Shown piece after piece: positions 1-14,269 of a stretch of DNA of 64,000 nucleotides. Origin of the DNA: Azolla caroliniana (Eukaryota > Plantae > Polypodiophyta); assembly GCA_043228905.1 (NCBI GenBank), contig JBHGNT010000004.1:5270001-5334000 (forward strand). Direction: 5' to 3'. The translations under genes and the position numbers were made by a program. Numbering within the stretch: the stretch's first letter is position 1; the number at the start of each line of letters is the position of its first letter. The notes beneath the pieces were generated by a model. It did no database searches, was not told the origin of the DNA, and saw nothing but the letters and a program-made list of their open reading frames with translations.

Positions 1-276
1 TTACAGTTTATCCTCCTTAGAACACTCACTTAAAACATACAAAAAGCAGTTCCTAAAGATTTTGTTTCTATCCTTTAATGATACATAACAGCTATGAAAA
101 TAAGCACTTGTATAGCAATACATGTTAGCCAAGCTGAGCAGTGAGCACAAATAGATGCACATTTACGAAAGGCAGATGAAACATCATTGCATTTGAAGTC
201 ACCCACCTAGTGGGAAATGCTTAGTGTCTCATTGAAAAAGGGTACAAAAGTCAAAGTAACATGAGATCAATCTTAC

Positions 277-3200
277 CATTAAGGAACCGCAACATGCTCC
301 TGCAAACTTCGGTTGCATTGACCTTATTTTCAAGCTTCTGTAACATCTGTTCTGCCTTCAACCATAACTGTTTTCCTCTCATACCTTCACTTCCATGAAA
401 GATCTTGCGAACACAGTCAAGCTCTTTCGCAAGTGTCTCAGCACCCCAGCCTTCAGCACATTTTTGAAACACCTCCTTCACAAATCCAAACAATTCTGAC
501 TTGTGATCACATGCAACACAGTGGTATTGCATCTCGGCAGCATCGGTTGCAATTTGTGTACTTGAAGTGGGTGCAATATAAGATTTTCTTAAGGCACAAT
601 CTGTATGACACCAATGCAAACAAACATCACAACCCACCCATCGGCAAGTGTTGTTATCTGAATCAAACTTGAAGCACACTACACACATGCACTCATGGCA
701 AAAACCACTTTTGTTGGAGCAAATCGTGCATTCGCATCCACCAGCTGGTAATGACTGCTGGCATGCTGTGTTCGGACACTTGGTTTGTAAAAAGATATCT
801 ATAAGGGCCTTGTATGTTTGTGTCTTCGACTTTCCTTCAACATATGCTTGCATCCCAGTTTTCAACGCAACAAGAATCTCTAGTTGTGTACGATGTGCAC
901 GCAACAGGACATTCTCTGTCAAGTCTTTCCGCTTTCTGATATTGTCTTGCAGAATCATGAATTCTTCTCGCTTCTCGAAACAACATAGCACCATGCGTGC
1001 CAATCCTTTCAAACCCTCGAGAAAGCTATCAGGTAACTCTTGCAGTTTCTGTGCCATAATTGCAACTGGTTGTGTTGCAATCTCTTGGAGCCCAATTTTT
1101 TCACAAAACGTGTTTCTCTCCTCTAGCACATCATCATTTGTTGGAGAGGTGGCTGGCTTGGCATTACCTGACGAAGGATCAATGAACTTGTCCTTCCCAT
1201 GCGGCACATTTGTATCAAATCCAACTTTTCCGGATAATGCTTCTTGTTTTGATGCAAACCATGCTTTTTGCTGACGGATTCTCTCCCTTATTAATTCCTC
1301 ATGTGTTAATGCTTGTTTTCCTGATCCCTCGAGGCCTTGTATGCTTGACTCTACCATTTTTGGACCTTCCAATTTCGGCACGAATTGGCAAGTCCGTTGG
1401 GATATATGGTTGCTTCCTGAGCTTCTATTGCTTCCAGTAACTGATGGAAACCCCTGATGCATGCTGCCATTCTGTAAAACACGTTGATAGAGTGGGTTTC
1501 TATGCCTATTCTTAGACCTTTCTCGAGACAAACTCGTAACTGTATGCATTTCGTGTTGATTTCCGTTAACAGCTGGCCAGCTCCTATGAGACATGTGCTC
1601 AGTTCCTTGGGAAAATTGTTGTTTGCTTCCACCACATGAAAGTTCTTGGTTTTCCACCGAAGTGCAATTCAAAGAACAGCTCGGATTGTGTATAAACGAT
1701 TCAGATTGTGAAAAAGAGAACGATGAAGTAAATCCATCCGAGTTAGCATGAGTCTGAGACATAGAAAAATTCTGGGTTTGTGTATGAGTGTTTGTTAGAG
1801 AGTGTATACTCCTCTCTGGTTCTGCAGCCGGAACCACCAAATCTGGAGGATTACTAGTACCTGGCATTGCCAAAGATAGCTGAAGTGGCTCTACCTTCGA
1901 TTTCTTCTGCTTCTGGCTAGAATATTGACTTGATTCTTTGTCCAAGCCACCCAAAAGATCCATACCCTTTCTTTGTTCCATGGTGTGAATGGCTTCCATT
2001 CGGTGCTCTTCAGATCTGCTGAGATTCCCTACATTATGTCCCTCTATATCACTGCTTTCACCACGTGTAGCTAATTTTGTGAAAAGGGACAATGTTAATT
2101 CATTGCCCGAGTCATTAACTTCATCAACATGGTTCCGATCACATCTCTTCATATCTTTTCTTTCCTCTAGGAGGTGAAATGTCACCACTTCCTTTGCCAT
2201 TTCAAGGGTCTCCTTGCTAGATGTTACTATATCCTTACATTGCAAATGCAAGTTCATTTCATTTTTTGCTAGAGTTTGCAGCTTCGTAGAACCACCCTGA
2301 ACTCTCGATGTTTCTTCACTGCTTCTACATGGTTGAGTTTCTGTATCAATTGGATCTCCAAAAACTTCCTTCCCTTCCAAAGCATGCATAGGGGATGTAT
2401 GCACCCCTTCTATATCAGATATTGCTTGATTTTCCGTAGGATTCATGGTATCTAGTATTTCATCATTTTCAGTAGCATTTCCTTCGGGCTCCAATTCACC
2501 TTCTTCCATATCACTCTTATCATCATCATTTTTATTTAAAATCGATTTTTTCTCATTTTGTACCTTGATACTAACCTGAGACATTGTTCTAAGAGTTGAG
2601 ACGGCATCATTGATTGCATCATCGGCCTCAGAAATAACTACATCATCATCTTTTGCTTTTTTGTCCTTCCCAAAGTCAAGAATTTGAGAGAGCTTATTCT
2701 GTTGTTCACTGGCCATATCTAGCCTAGGCTTCTTTGAGATGTGGGCAAAAGCCCCGCGATGACTCTTCTCTCTTTGCATTTCCACATTTCGGTGTCTTGC
2801 CTCTGTCCCATTCTCTCCATTAACGGCAAGTTTGTTCTTTTGAGACCTAATACCATCCTCATTAATGGAGTTATAATCACCCTTTTCTTTATAGTAACAC
2901 TCTTCCTTGTAGGAAGGGTTCGATCTTGACTTGGGCAAAGTTCTAGCATTCACATCACCAAGATGTGTAGAATCCATGTCTTTTCTGAGAGAGAACTTTG
3001 ATGAAGAAGAAATTGCATGGTTATCCATCATACTAGATATTCTTTGCATTCTCTCATCTCTCTGATCACACTCCATCTCTTTGACTCTTGCAAGACTATC
3101 TTCATCCGAAGCAATAGAACTTCTAGGTGAAACCCTACATACGTCTCTCCTTACAAAATCACAGCTCGTACCATTAGATGGGTCAAACTCGCATTCAGGA

Positions 3201-3478
3201 GTGGAAGATGATGGTCTTGACCTCGGCCTTGAACATGACCTCGATCTTGACCGTGACCTTGACCGTGACCGTGACCGTGACCGTGGTCTTTTCCTCTGCC
3301 CTGTTTCAGAGCTCCTCCGGGGAGGGATGCTCATAGCTTCTGAGCTCCCACGAAGGTTTGGTTCACTGGAATGGGAATGGGTATGGATGCTTCGTAGGTG
3401 GAAATCCGCGTCATGGCTTTGAGGGAGAGGGTTACTGTCAGATCTATTCCTTACCTCAAGCTTCGAGGAGGATTCCAT
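277..3478 (-). CDS. OBE4: OBERON3/4 (TITANIA)-type PHD-finger protein, long first coding exon; gene continues beyond the left window edge
   Basis: 1075-aa ORF with the OBERON PHD region (CECTICSNKSGFCHECMCVVCFKFDSDNNTCRWVGCDVCLHWCHTDC...YHCVACDHKSELFGFVKEVF) and the OBE3/4-like motifs DMEEGELEPE and SDGFTSSFSFS...HNPSCSL. Donor G|GTAAGA at 277/276; the C-terminal coiled coil is not in the window. Exact paralog assignment is tentative. Confidence 0.88.
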
Positions 3479-5269
3479 TAGTGCGTGCGTGTGCTTGTGT
3501 GTGTGTGTGTGTGTGTGTTTCTGTGTGTCTGTGAGAGAGAAACAGAGACAGAGACAGACAGACAGAGAGAGCTTCAGAACGCCATAGCCTGCCCTGAGAA
3601 ATTTGTGTTTTTTTTTGTTTTTTTTTGTTTTTTTTTTTTTTTTGCTGTGGGGGGCTGCAGAACAGAAATTAGTTTTGATTTCTGTTTTTCTTTGGATTTT
3701 TGTTTTACTTTTCGAATTCCTTTTTCTTTGTCAACGCTGCACAAAAATTTGAAACCCAAGTTTTTTTTTTAAAAACAAAACGTGTATGTTGGAGTGAAGA
3801 AGCTATGACTACGTGGGATGGACTTTGTCCGCCCACTCGGACTTTGGACACTCGTACTCGGACCTTTGGACCCATACCCAAGACCCAAGACCCAGACCTA
3901 GACCTGGCCTTTGCTTGGACGTGCCCCCAAATTCACCTTTCATGTGTTTTGGCTCCAAGAAACTGTGGAAGAGAGGGAGCCTACCTGACCGACCGACTCA
4001 TTGACCGAGATATGAGAATGCCCACGACCTAGACCATCTGAATCTCTTTGGGGAAATCGTACGTTATCATACTCAAGATTATTTATCTAATAAAGGAGAG
4101 AAGACAATAAATCTACGAAGAGAGCAGGAATGCACCATCAACGTGCATAGGGCCTCTGATGAGTTGAGTAATACGTGTGCGGATAATTAGACCAAGCCTT
4201 GAACTATCTCACCTTCGAAGTAATGTGTATCCTCTTTCTAGTGTTCTTCCTCATGGCTGTTATCAAGGCTTATGGATGGTGCAAACTCTTCCCAAGCATG
4301 TAATGCACCTTGATGTATGCCCCTTACCTCTTAGTCCCCTTAAAATCATGGCATGGATCTTAGTCTTCATATTTGGCTCAAGTATCCAAAAGGCAAAACA
4401 TTTGGGTTATTAAAATTGCAAGACAATAATAGTATACCATGGAAAAGGGAATCACACTAGGAAATAATGCCACATCCTTCATGCGCATTGAACCTCTACC
4501 ATCTATGCACACCTTTCATGCAATAAAATTCTTGTTCAAACATGTTGCATTTTACAAACATGTGTACTGGTCAAACAATAAGGCCACATTGTTAGGTGGA
4601 GATAACCAACAATGTGATTGTATTTTGTCATGTAAGATAACCACACACACATAATGTTGACAAAAGTTTTGGAGCAACATTTTCCCTTCTTGTTGCAAAA
4701 TCTAAAAATGATTACACTAGGTATACACTATGAATGTTTCGTCCCTGTAAGCAAAGGCCCACAATGAGTTCACTCTTAAATATAAAATCTAAGCCAAACG
4801 ATCATGAATGCCTACATGATAACTATAAATATAGTGTGCCAAAAATGTGTGTATTAGGTTGCGGAAAGTTCTTTCGAGTTTGTTACCTATCTCACTTAGA
4901 TTTTGTATGGTATTATTTAGAATATTACAAGGAGCTTAGGTATCTATTAGAAAGCATGAAATATTCACCAACATTATGGTTTATTGAGAGAAAGTTAGGC
5001 TATATTGGTGTTTTTTCTCTTATTGTCTCGTGACTACCCCATTTGTGAATTTAAGTAAATAGTACTTTAAATAAGTTAGTAATCATGCAATTAGGGTCCT
5101 CCGCTCAACAATGCCAAACACTAAACCAAGTGTAAATGAGTACATGTCATATCAACTTACCTCGTACACCACTTATGTGTACATTGTATTTAACAACAAT
5201 GCCATTAATCATCAAGCAAACATATATATATTGGGCCATCTAGTGCACTAATTTTATTCTCTTTAATTG

Positions 5270-5302
<33 letters not shown>

Positions 5303-7946
5303 TCTATTGAAAAGTGTCATGGTGTGAGTGTTTTGCCCATGAACCCTCGGCAAATGGCTCTGAGAAGTTGTCGCCCTTGTGAAAATCATATGCAAACACA
5401 ATAATATTTGGCATATAAATGTTGTCATGACAATACCAACTCATAGGCTTCGTTGATAATATAAACCAGTGTCTAAGGAATAAGTTATTAATATATCAAA
5501 TGTGTGAGCTTTTGGTCATGTGCATGGTTTCAAACCAATTAACTTACCGATACCAAATAGTTATAAACGATGGGATTTCATTTACTCACACTTCAACTAG
5601 TTAAAGATTACTTCTACTTCCTAGTTTATTACGAGCAAGATTACACAATTACAGATACCTCTTGATTGTGCCTAATCTCAAAGGTTCTTTGGATAACATA
5701 AAAGGTAATACACAATAGGCGGAACTGAAACGATTGGAGTTTCATGCCATTTGGGACAAAGACATATTTTATAGGCCGATTTCTGATAAGGTAGAATGGT
5801 TCTACTCTACACCGAAGTATTTATTTAATCCGACAATTAGAATTTAGAAAAGGGGCTCACTACTGAAAGGTACTAGTATCTTTTATGTATAGCCTTAGGG
5901 CATTTCTTAATACTAATGTAGTATCTTTTTTTGGAAAAAAAATAAAATTACACGTACGTCTTAAGCTTTATTTTTCAAACTTCTTCAATCAGTGGGTGTA
6001 ATAAGTTCAAGAGTCATATGGTTTACAAAAATCACTTAGATTCCATTATTATTGTCCTTGTTTTGGGAACTCGAGAACTCGATACATATATTTAGTTGGT
6101 CGGTTTAAGTAAGTCACTTAGGTTCCATTATTAATGTCCTCCTTATGGGGTTTCAATGGGTATATTTAATGAGTTTATTTATGCATAGTGGTCACATATT
6201 ATGACTCATGAGTGCACATTCATAGCCCCAATTGCGAGCATTGCCTTGTCTAAGGCAATATGATTGTTTTTAACCCTTGGGTTGGGGTAAACGAAATTGC
6301 AAAGCCCAATTGCTATAGGGTCTTTTATACTCATGGAGTTAAACCTCGAGTTGTGGAAATGAATGTCTAAGCCACACTTCAAAATGAAAACAGCTTGAAT
6401 CCAGAACCCATCATTGTTTATGTGTTTTTAAAAAAAAAATTAAGAATTACAAGATTGGAACTTTGTATGTAAGTAAGAAATTGTTAGATTGAACTAGTGA
6501 GAGACTCGAAATTCTCATATGCTATGTATAAAGGATAGTTTTCATAATTGTGTTGTAGAACATTTTCAGTTTCTCAAGTTACACAAACCATAATTTTCTA
6601 ACAATTATATTGTAAATAGATTCTTGTAGAGCACTTTATTCTCTTGATATTACAAACAATTTAGAATATATATACATTATTTGTGTGAGTATACATTTGT
6701 AAATATATTTAAGCCTACCACCACAAAACCATGTTTTCATTTCACCCAAGTAAAAGTATATATATTCTAGTATGCAATGCTTGAAAGTTGAAAGTGTATT
6801 ATTTTGGCAAATGCATTGAATATACTCGAGTATATATTTACGTTGATGTCCCCATAACACGATGGACACAAGTATGTGATGTCAATCTTCAAGCTCCCAT
6901 CCAACTTTTAGGTCATGGAAATAATTCATGTTAACACTCACTAGACATCTTCATAAGTTGACCACATTTATTTGACATAGACAAGTTACCCCATTTTGAT
7001 TACCAATCAAATGCATTATTGAATTACCATGACTCACAGAGATAAATTATGTTATTGGACATTATCTTCTCTATTTGGATGTCAATAGTACCCCTTGGGC
7101 CCTGACTAGTCCTTGGGATGTAGACACCTTTCTCTTGACACCATCTATGAAGCACCATATCTCACACATGAAGACCCTCTTATCACATGGCATCATATGT
7201 GTTATTGGCAAATTGAAAATTTTCTTTTGTTAATTGGAGCTAGGGAAAGCCAACATAGATGTATATCCCAACAATGAGGTCCATAAACCAACCGTGCCAT
7301 GCTAGGGGAACAACTGAAGAGAGTTGTAGTTGCTAACACACAATATATTGTAAGATATATGATTGATCACCATCTGTCTAATGATGAATCTTGGGTGACC
7401 CGACAATTTGTTATGGAAGATTCCTCTCTTGGCTCTCTTTTTTATTGGAGATATGAGCACATTGAGACACCTCCTTGAGGGGTTTATACCCCGATTGATT
7501 GTATTGCAATGCTTGTTTCTCAACGCCATGGTCAATATCTATGTTTCCTATTGTATTAGGATGTCTTGCTCAAACATTACTTGTAATGGGGTTTTCAAAT
7601 CCCAATATTGCATTAATGTATTGTATTAGAATGTGGGGATCAAACTCATGGCATTATTTGACAATGCTACCAAGGAAAATCTCTTTTCAATATTTCTCTC
7701 ATGTCAATAAACTTATCTTAGTGGTATCTAATATTTAGGTTAACAAATATGGGTTGGGTTAAAAACCATTGTTTTTGTTATTATGTTATCTGGCCATAGT
7801 GGTCGACACCACAAATAAATTGTGTTTTCTTTTTCTCCAAATCTAACTTAAAATTTACATTAGGTACTTGCAAAAAGACACAATTTAATGGTATGGATAA
7901 ATCTTGTGAAGAGACAATGAGCTTATGGATAGTTTACTCACTAGGT

Positions 7947-7977
<31 letters not shown>

Positions 7978-8129
7978 CACATGGATATTAAAAGTCAGGC
8001 TAAGAGAGGATGTAGTTTGTGCACTGTATCATGTCTTTGGTGACTTTGATACCTACATTTTAAAACAATGGGAAACAAGATTCCACGAGCTAAAAAACAC
8101 ACGCGTCTACTATGAAAGAATTGACAACA

Positions 8130-8720
8130 TATGTGTCACATAAGAAACTTTAATACAAGGACACATAGTACAACACATGCAAGAAGGTATCTAGTCAGAA
8201 TGCGCGGATACTCAGTTCGAAACGCGGATCGAATCAAAGAAATGGAATGTTTGTGCAACGCATACTCTCTGAAGTGAATGATGTCTTGTTTGACTTGGGT
8301 AATCTTTTCTCCAAGAAACATGAAAAGAAAAAGACAATGAGAATGCAAAATAAAACAAACATGTGAATGCATTGACTATATATGTGTCACATGAGAAACT
8401 TTAACACAAGGAGACACATTACAAAAGGGACACACCATGAAGACATCCTGGACCCATGTGTATTGTGTCATTCTGAATGCACGAATACTACTCGAGACCA
8501 CCATTCTCAATGCACATATACCGCATTTGGGCAACTACTGGCTCCATGTATATGTCACATAAGAAACTTTTAAAAACAAGGAGACATATTACAAATGGGC
8601 GCACCATGGAGACATCCTGGTGTATTGTGTCCTTCCGAATGCACGGATATCGGAGCCCGACATTCTAAATGCACGTAAACGGCATTCGAGCAACTCCCGA
8701 TCCGATCCAAAGGATCAAAA
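8130..8720. repeat. Degenerate tandem repeat (~3 units)
   Basis: atatgtgtcacat(a/g)agaaacttt...acaagga(g)ac recurs at ~8130, ~8381 and ~8550. Confidence 0.6.
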
Positions 8721-9343
8721 TGTTTCTATTGTAGCAAGCAAATACACACTATTCATACAAAGGGCACAAGAAGTAGTAGTGGATAAGTTTATACAGAAAT
8801 CAAGAAATCCATATGTGGTCAAAGTAGTTTTTACTTTGAGATATTGATCTTAGGCTTGATCTTAAAAATTAACCTTGAGCTTAATCTTTAAGAAGCAAAG
8901 ACGTGTGTTGATTAGTAATTTTTAGTGATAAGATTAGCAAACCCAAAATTGCTTGCTTTTTTGCTGGTCATGGGAAAGCCCTGCCCTGCAAATGCAAGCT
9001 GCCAATTGGTAGTGTTAAAATCCAAATTTCTGTACAGACCCAAAAAAATATATGTATATATATATATTTTTAAAGCCTATATCATGGTTTTGTTTCTGTG
9101 TTTTAATGATGTTTCTGTTGGTGGTGTAACATAAATCTGAATTGAGGCGGGGGGATCATGCCATTTGTAATACATTGAATGATATGTGAAGGAATTACAC
9201 ATGATTGGGTTAGTTACTGAGCTAGGGGGCTGATTCAGACAGTGTAAGTAAGTGATCTCAAATTTGAAAGCAATGAAGGTGATTGATGATGGGGATGGTT
9301 ATAGTTATAGTTATGGTTATGGATGATTGATCCCATATCCACA

Positions 9344-12300
9344 TCACCTGCGATGGTGTGGGGATGCCGAACCCGGAGCCCCGGAGGTGCTGTACTGCAT
9401 TTGGCCCGGAGGTGCCGTCGGGCTCGTGGCGGTACACCCATCTGTATGCCAGCCACCTTGCTCGGATCTCCCGGTAGCGCCCCCGCCCATCAGGTTGAGA
9501 GGCGCGCCCGAGGAGCCTGCCCCACCATTGTGGTGGTGGTGGTGGTGGTTCTTGGCTGAGGCCGGCCGCCCTCTCGGCGTACTGCTGTTGCTCGAATTGT
9601 GCAGAACCTCGGCCAGTGGCCCGCCCACACCCGAGTTTCCGCTATTATGATCGTTGTGGTGGTTGCGGCCGCCCCACGTGATGGGCACCCATGACATGGT
9701 AGTGCCGCCGTGATGACCCGGACCCCCCGACCGGCCCGCCAAGAAAACCCCTTCCTCCGACCGCGGTTGCTCGTGCTGAATTATAGCCACCTCTTCTTCA
9801 TTGGCCAGCAGAGTGCCCACCCCCAGTCCCATGTGTGTCGCGGCCGCTTCTAATTGATCCCCCGACCCGCCCCCGCCTCCCTGGCCGCTTGCGTTCGACG
9901 ATGACATCATCGACAACTTCAAGGCCGGGCCAGCCAGCTTGCCACGTGGCGAGCTCCCATTCGACGACGATGCCGAACCCCCAAACCGCTCTGCCCCCCC
10001 GCCTGCCTGGCACCCAATTGGGATCGAGATCGACAGCTGTGTCGTGGACGAGCCCCTGTTCGTCCGGTGCTCATCATCCACCAGGTTTTGGTCCATCACA
10101 TCTTCGTCGGCCGGCCAGGCGAGCCCCGTGGACGATGTTGCGTCCGGCCGGCTCCGTGGCCAATCATCGAAGAAGTGCCGGAGTGGCTGTCCCGCCTGGT
10201 CCGGGTCTCGCCCGGCCGCATTGTCATCGAATGCCCCGAGAAAAGACTGCGCCTGCTCCTGCTGCTGCTGGTAATGAGGAGGAGGATTCTTGTCAAAACA
10301 CCAGAAAAAATCTAGGGTTTGTATTATGAATCTGACTCAGAAATGCTAGACCTAAGTTCTAACAATGGCTGGGAATTCCTACATTTTATATGTCCCTCCA
10401 CATACAAATTGAGCTTAGTCTCAAAGGTCTTAATTACTACCTTAGATTGCATCACAGATCTCATCATTAGACTGGGCTCATTGATGGCACCGGCTGATCC
10501 CCCGTGTGCCGACATCCCGCTGCTCAAGCTCGATGGCGACTCGAGGCTGAGCCCACGAGCATCGGAGAAGAAAGTACTCGGCTCTTGGCTGCCTAAGTCG
10601 GTCCCACATACATAACTACTACAAATTCCATGGTCGATTTTTACACAACCCAACAATTTGTTAGCTGTTGTTGGTCCGAAGAAAAAAGCTTAGAAATCAG
10701 GGCGGCTGCAAAAGCCTACACTCACCGCAAATCGGGCCTCGTGGATGGAGGTGTACTCGTGCCACCACCGCCAAATTGATGGTGGTGGTGTTGATTTGGG
10801 AAACTAGCTGCCGTGGTGGAGGCGATGGAGAGCGCACCGCCTCCTCCTCCTCCTCCGGTGGCATGGCCGGACATTTGGTGGCCTCCTCCTCCTACTGGAT
10901 TGATGAAGCTGGAGGTGGCTGGATGGCGGAGCGGCGTGCCGGGCGCAGAATGGCCGGACGTTGGTGGTAGCTGGCCACCCAATCGGCTACCACCACCACC
11001 ACCACTAGCGCATGAGATGCCAGAATTAGGCATCGCGGCCGAGGCGGTGGCGGACGAGGGATTTATAGATGACCCGCTATTGGTAGTTGCCGTGTTCGTG
11101 TTGGCGGCTAACTGGCCGGCCTCGGGAGCTAGCTTCCGTGCCCTATGCCGGCCTCTATGCATGTGGCGCTCGCAGTACTTCTGATCCGGGACCACGTCCC
11201 GGGAGCACCGCCACTTCTTGCCGTCAGTGCGGCGGCATCGGCCGGGCTCCGGGTCGAACGAATTGCCGCCATACCCCAAGTGAAAATGACCCCATCCAAC
11301 TGCCCACCACCAAATATGTTGTTATTTATCATATCTAATCAACACAGCTAGTCTCCCATCACTGATTAATGTCAAGCAGTTTTTAACAATGACAGTGGAG
11401 AAGGTTTTGTAATGTGACTTTAAAAAAAATATGCCCCAATGCACCTTAACTATACCAGAACATTTTATGCATCTTATATATATATATATATATATGTATA
11501 TATGCATAACTCTGTCTCCCTTGTGCAAACTCTACCTTGAGAAATGGGAAATTGAGCAATCCCTAAAGAAAGAAAGAAAGAAAAAACACAAAATTTGTCT
11601 AAACTTGAGCAAACCCTAAAGAAAGGAATGTGGATTGTCACTTACGGCTAGCCGCGACACTCGTCCGGATGGGGAGGGAGAGCTCGGGGGGCACATTCAC
11701 GCCGCACATGAGGTGCTTGAATATGAGTGCGTGCAACTGAAGCTCGCGAAGCTGGCTCGCCGTAAAAATATTGGCCGCCTGTGCCATCAGATCGGCATCA
11801 TGCGCAACACCCCCTCCGGCCGCCATCATCATATAATTCGCCCCATGACCTAGGAGACAACAACAAAGAATCACATAAAGATGTTTTTTGTGTGTGTCAC
11901 TAGTAGCATTAGATTTAGCTGATGGAGGAATATATATATAGTTAGGGCTAATACATTACTAGGATTATAGCGAAGAAGCTAGACTTTCTGATTGCAATGA
12001 TAATCGTATATGGCTATAAGGTTGGTTTGTATGAGTAACTAAGGTAGACCCCAACATGACAATTGTGCATTGGTTTGAAGGCTTTTAGGGTTTCGATCCA
12101 TGACAATTAATTGTGCTGATTCCATGGCAGTTAATTTGTGCCAATTCGGGACATCGCAATTAGGGATTCGCCAAGGATCGGGAATTTTTTTTGTGGGGTC
12201 CATTCTCAATTATGGATGAATAGTGTACAAAATGGAATGAATTGTGGTGGGTAATACTGAACCCCCATGGATGATCCATAGGGGGGGAGTTTTTTTAAAT

Positions 12301-12744
12301 TTTTTTACCTTGATTGTATAACCCCATGGCTCTTTGTGCATTGCCCATGTAGGAGGCCATTGCAAGAGCTTCGGCATTCATGGAGCGGCCACACGAAGAG
12401 CTCATGATGTAGGACCTCATGGCGGCAGCTTCCTGCTGGTCCTGCTGCATATTGGTATAGCTCCCATCATTCCCGAGTAATGCACAACCGTCGGATGTGG
12501 TCGAGCTCGTGGTCGGGGAGCATCCCGCACCTCCAAGTGGCCGGCCATTGTTATTGTCCGGTTGGCCGGCCATCGAATTGCTACGGACTAAAGACACGCC
12601 GCCCGCCGACACCATATTATTCATCGGCCCGGCATTGCTGCTCCCGAAGTTGGCCACCATTTTCAGGGGAAAAGAGACGAGATCGGTGCGGGCCGCGAGC
12701 TTCATCGATCCGAACCTGTCATCGCCTCGTGGATCGAAGTCCAT
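9344..12744 (-). CDS. GRF: Growth-regulating factor (QLQ + WRC), 5 predicted exons: 12744-12309, 11849-11646, 11299-10726, 10615-10441, ~10288-9344
   Basis: QLQ ([29 protein letters not shown]), WRC ([38 protein letters not shown]) and C-terminal FFD ([11 protein letters not shown]), TQL (TTQLSISIP) and GPL (GGPLAEVL) motifs. GT-AG junctions give consistent phases. The last acceptor and the stop are less certain. Confidence 0.92.
10726..11299 (-). CDS. GRF: GRF exon 3 (WRC domain)
   Basis: Acceptor gggcag|TTGGATGG gives [22 protein letters not shown]; donor CG|GTGAG. Confidence 0.9.
11646..11849 (-). CDS. GRF: GRF exon 2 (QLQ domain)
   Basis: Acceptor ...ctcctag|GTCATGG, donor C|GTAAG; encodes the QLQ domain. 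Confidence 0.88.
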
Positions 12745-13019
12745 GGGAATGTTTTGTGGTAATGCAGGAGGACACAGTATAAATGTCAGAAGCTTGAGGG
12801 GGAAGAAATGGTTTTTTATGCGTATCTTAATGTAAGCTGACAAGGGGGGGGGGGGGGGAACTATAATTAGAGATGGCGGATCCAGAATCTGAGAAAGGAC
12901 AAATCAGGGGGGGGTTGATGCAGAGCTTCTGCAAATGAAGGGGGGAAAGAGTAGAGTGGGGTGGGAGCAGAGTTCAATGAAGAACAGAAGGAATTACTGG
13001 TAGATAATTAGAACCTGTC

Positions 13020-13330
13020 TGTCAGGGAAGGGGAGAGGGAACTTAGAAGAGAGAGGAAGAAAGGTGGGAGGGAAAAAAGGAAAAGGAAAAAGAAAAGAAA
13101 AGAAAAGAAAAATGCAAGCTGAATTATGGTGCAGAGGATGATCGGGTGCTGCAGGCTGAATGGCAAGCAGAAGCCATAGCTAAAGGGGTGTGTGTGTGTG
13201 TGTGTGTGTGTGTGTATTAAATTTGACTGATGAAGAGTGTGCTGCAGAGAGAAACAGGGGAGGGAGTGGTAGGGAAGAGAAGAAAGAGAAAGGATCAGAC
13301 AGAGAGAAGAGAGAGAAAGAGAGAGACAGG
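13020..13330 (-). promoter_or_regulatory. CT/GA-rich 5' leader/promoter region of GRF
   Basis: GA/CT and CA dinucleotide tracts just upstream of the GRF ATG, typical of plant TF 5' regions (possible BBR/BPC sites); function inferred only. Confidence 0.35.
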
Positions 13331-14269
13331 TTTTAAGGGAGCCAAGGAAGGTGCTGCTGGTGCAGGAGGAAGCAGGAGGGAGCATAGAAAGCAACCCTTA
13401 CAAAGCAACGAAAGGGCTTGGAGGGCCCCATGTGAATCGCCCCTTAGATAGAGACAGAGAGGTAGAGCGATAGAGAGTTGAAGGGGAGGTGTGCGCCTGG
13501 TCTTGTCCGGACAAGTCTGAAAAGGGCAATTTGTGTCTGAAAAGCCCCCCCGCGCCCGACCGATCCCTTATCGTTTGAACACGAGGCCACGTGACCCCCT
13601 CTCTTCTTTCCTTCTTTTTTTTCCCCTTACCGTACGTCAGCTGCAATCCAACGAACTCGAAAAACCCCAAAAAATAAAACAACAAACAAATTTTTTTAAC
13701 ATATTTAACCGGATAAAATATATATATATATATATATTAAAAAAGCATTAGTAAAACCGAATTTATAAAAGGACCAAAATTTTCGAGATAGACCGTCGGA
13801 AGAGTTGCACGTGTCACCTGGAGATGTGATCCACGTCGGACGACCCCTCCCCCGTAGAAGCTTTGGACAATACCGCTAAGCCTGCTTTCGCTCTGTAGAG
13901 AGAGACACACACACATATACAGTACACACAGAGAGTGAGAGAAGAGAGAAGAGAGAGAGAGAGAGAGCCCGTAGATTCTCGCACTAGCTGTGCTGCTCTT
14001 TTGTCTCTCTCACTAGATTCTCGCTCTACTTTGTGTGTGTATGTGTGTGTATATATGTCTATGTGTGCGCGTGTCAGAGAGCGGTACAGAACAGGCGTGG
14101 GCCCCGCCCCGCCCCGGCCGTCCCGTCCAACCCACATGGGCGGTGTCCAAGTGTGAACCCTCTCTCTCTACCTCTAACCTCTCACTTTCGCTATCGCTAT
14201 CGCTATCCCCTATCCCAATCTCTAGGTCTATTATGTCTATGCCTATGTCCATGTCTGTCTGTCTCTCTG

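Noticed and set aside
9323-11351. Plus-strand ORFs overlapping GRF
   Set aside because: GC-rich antisense shadows of the GRF exons with no recognisable domains.
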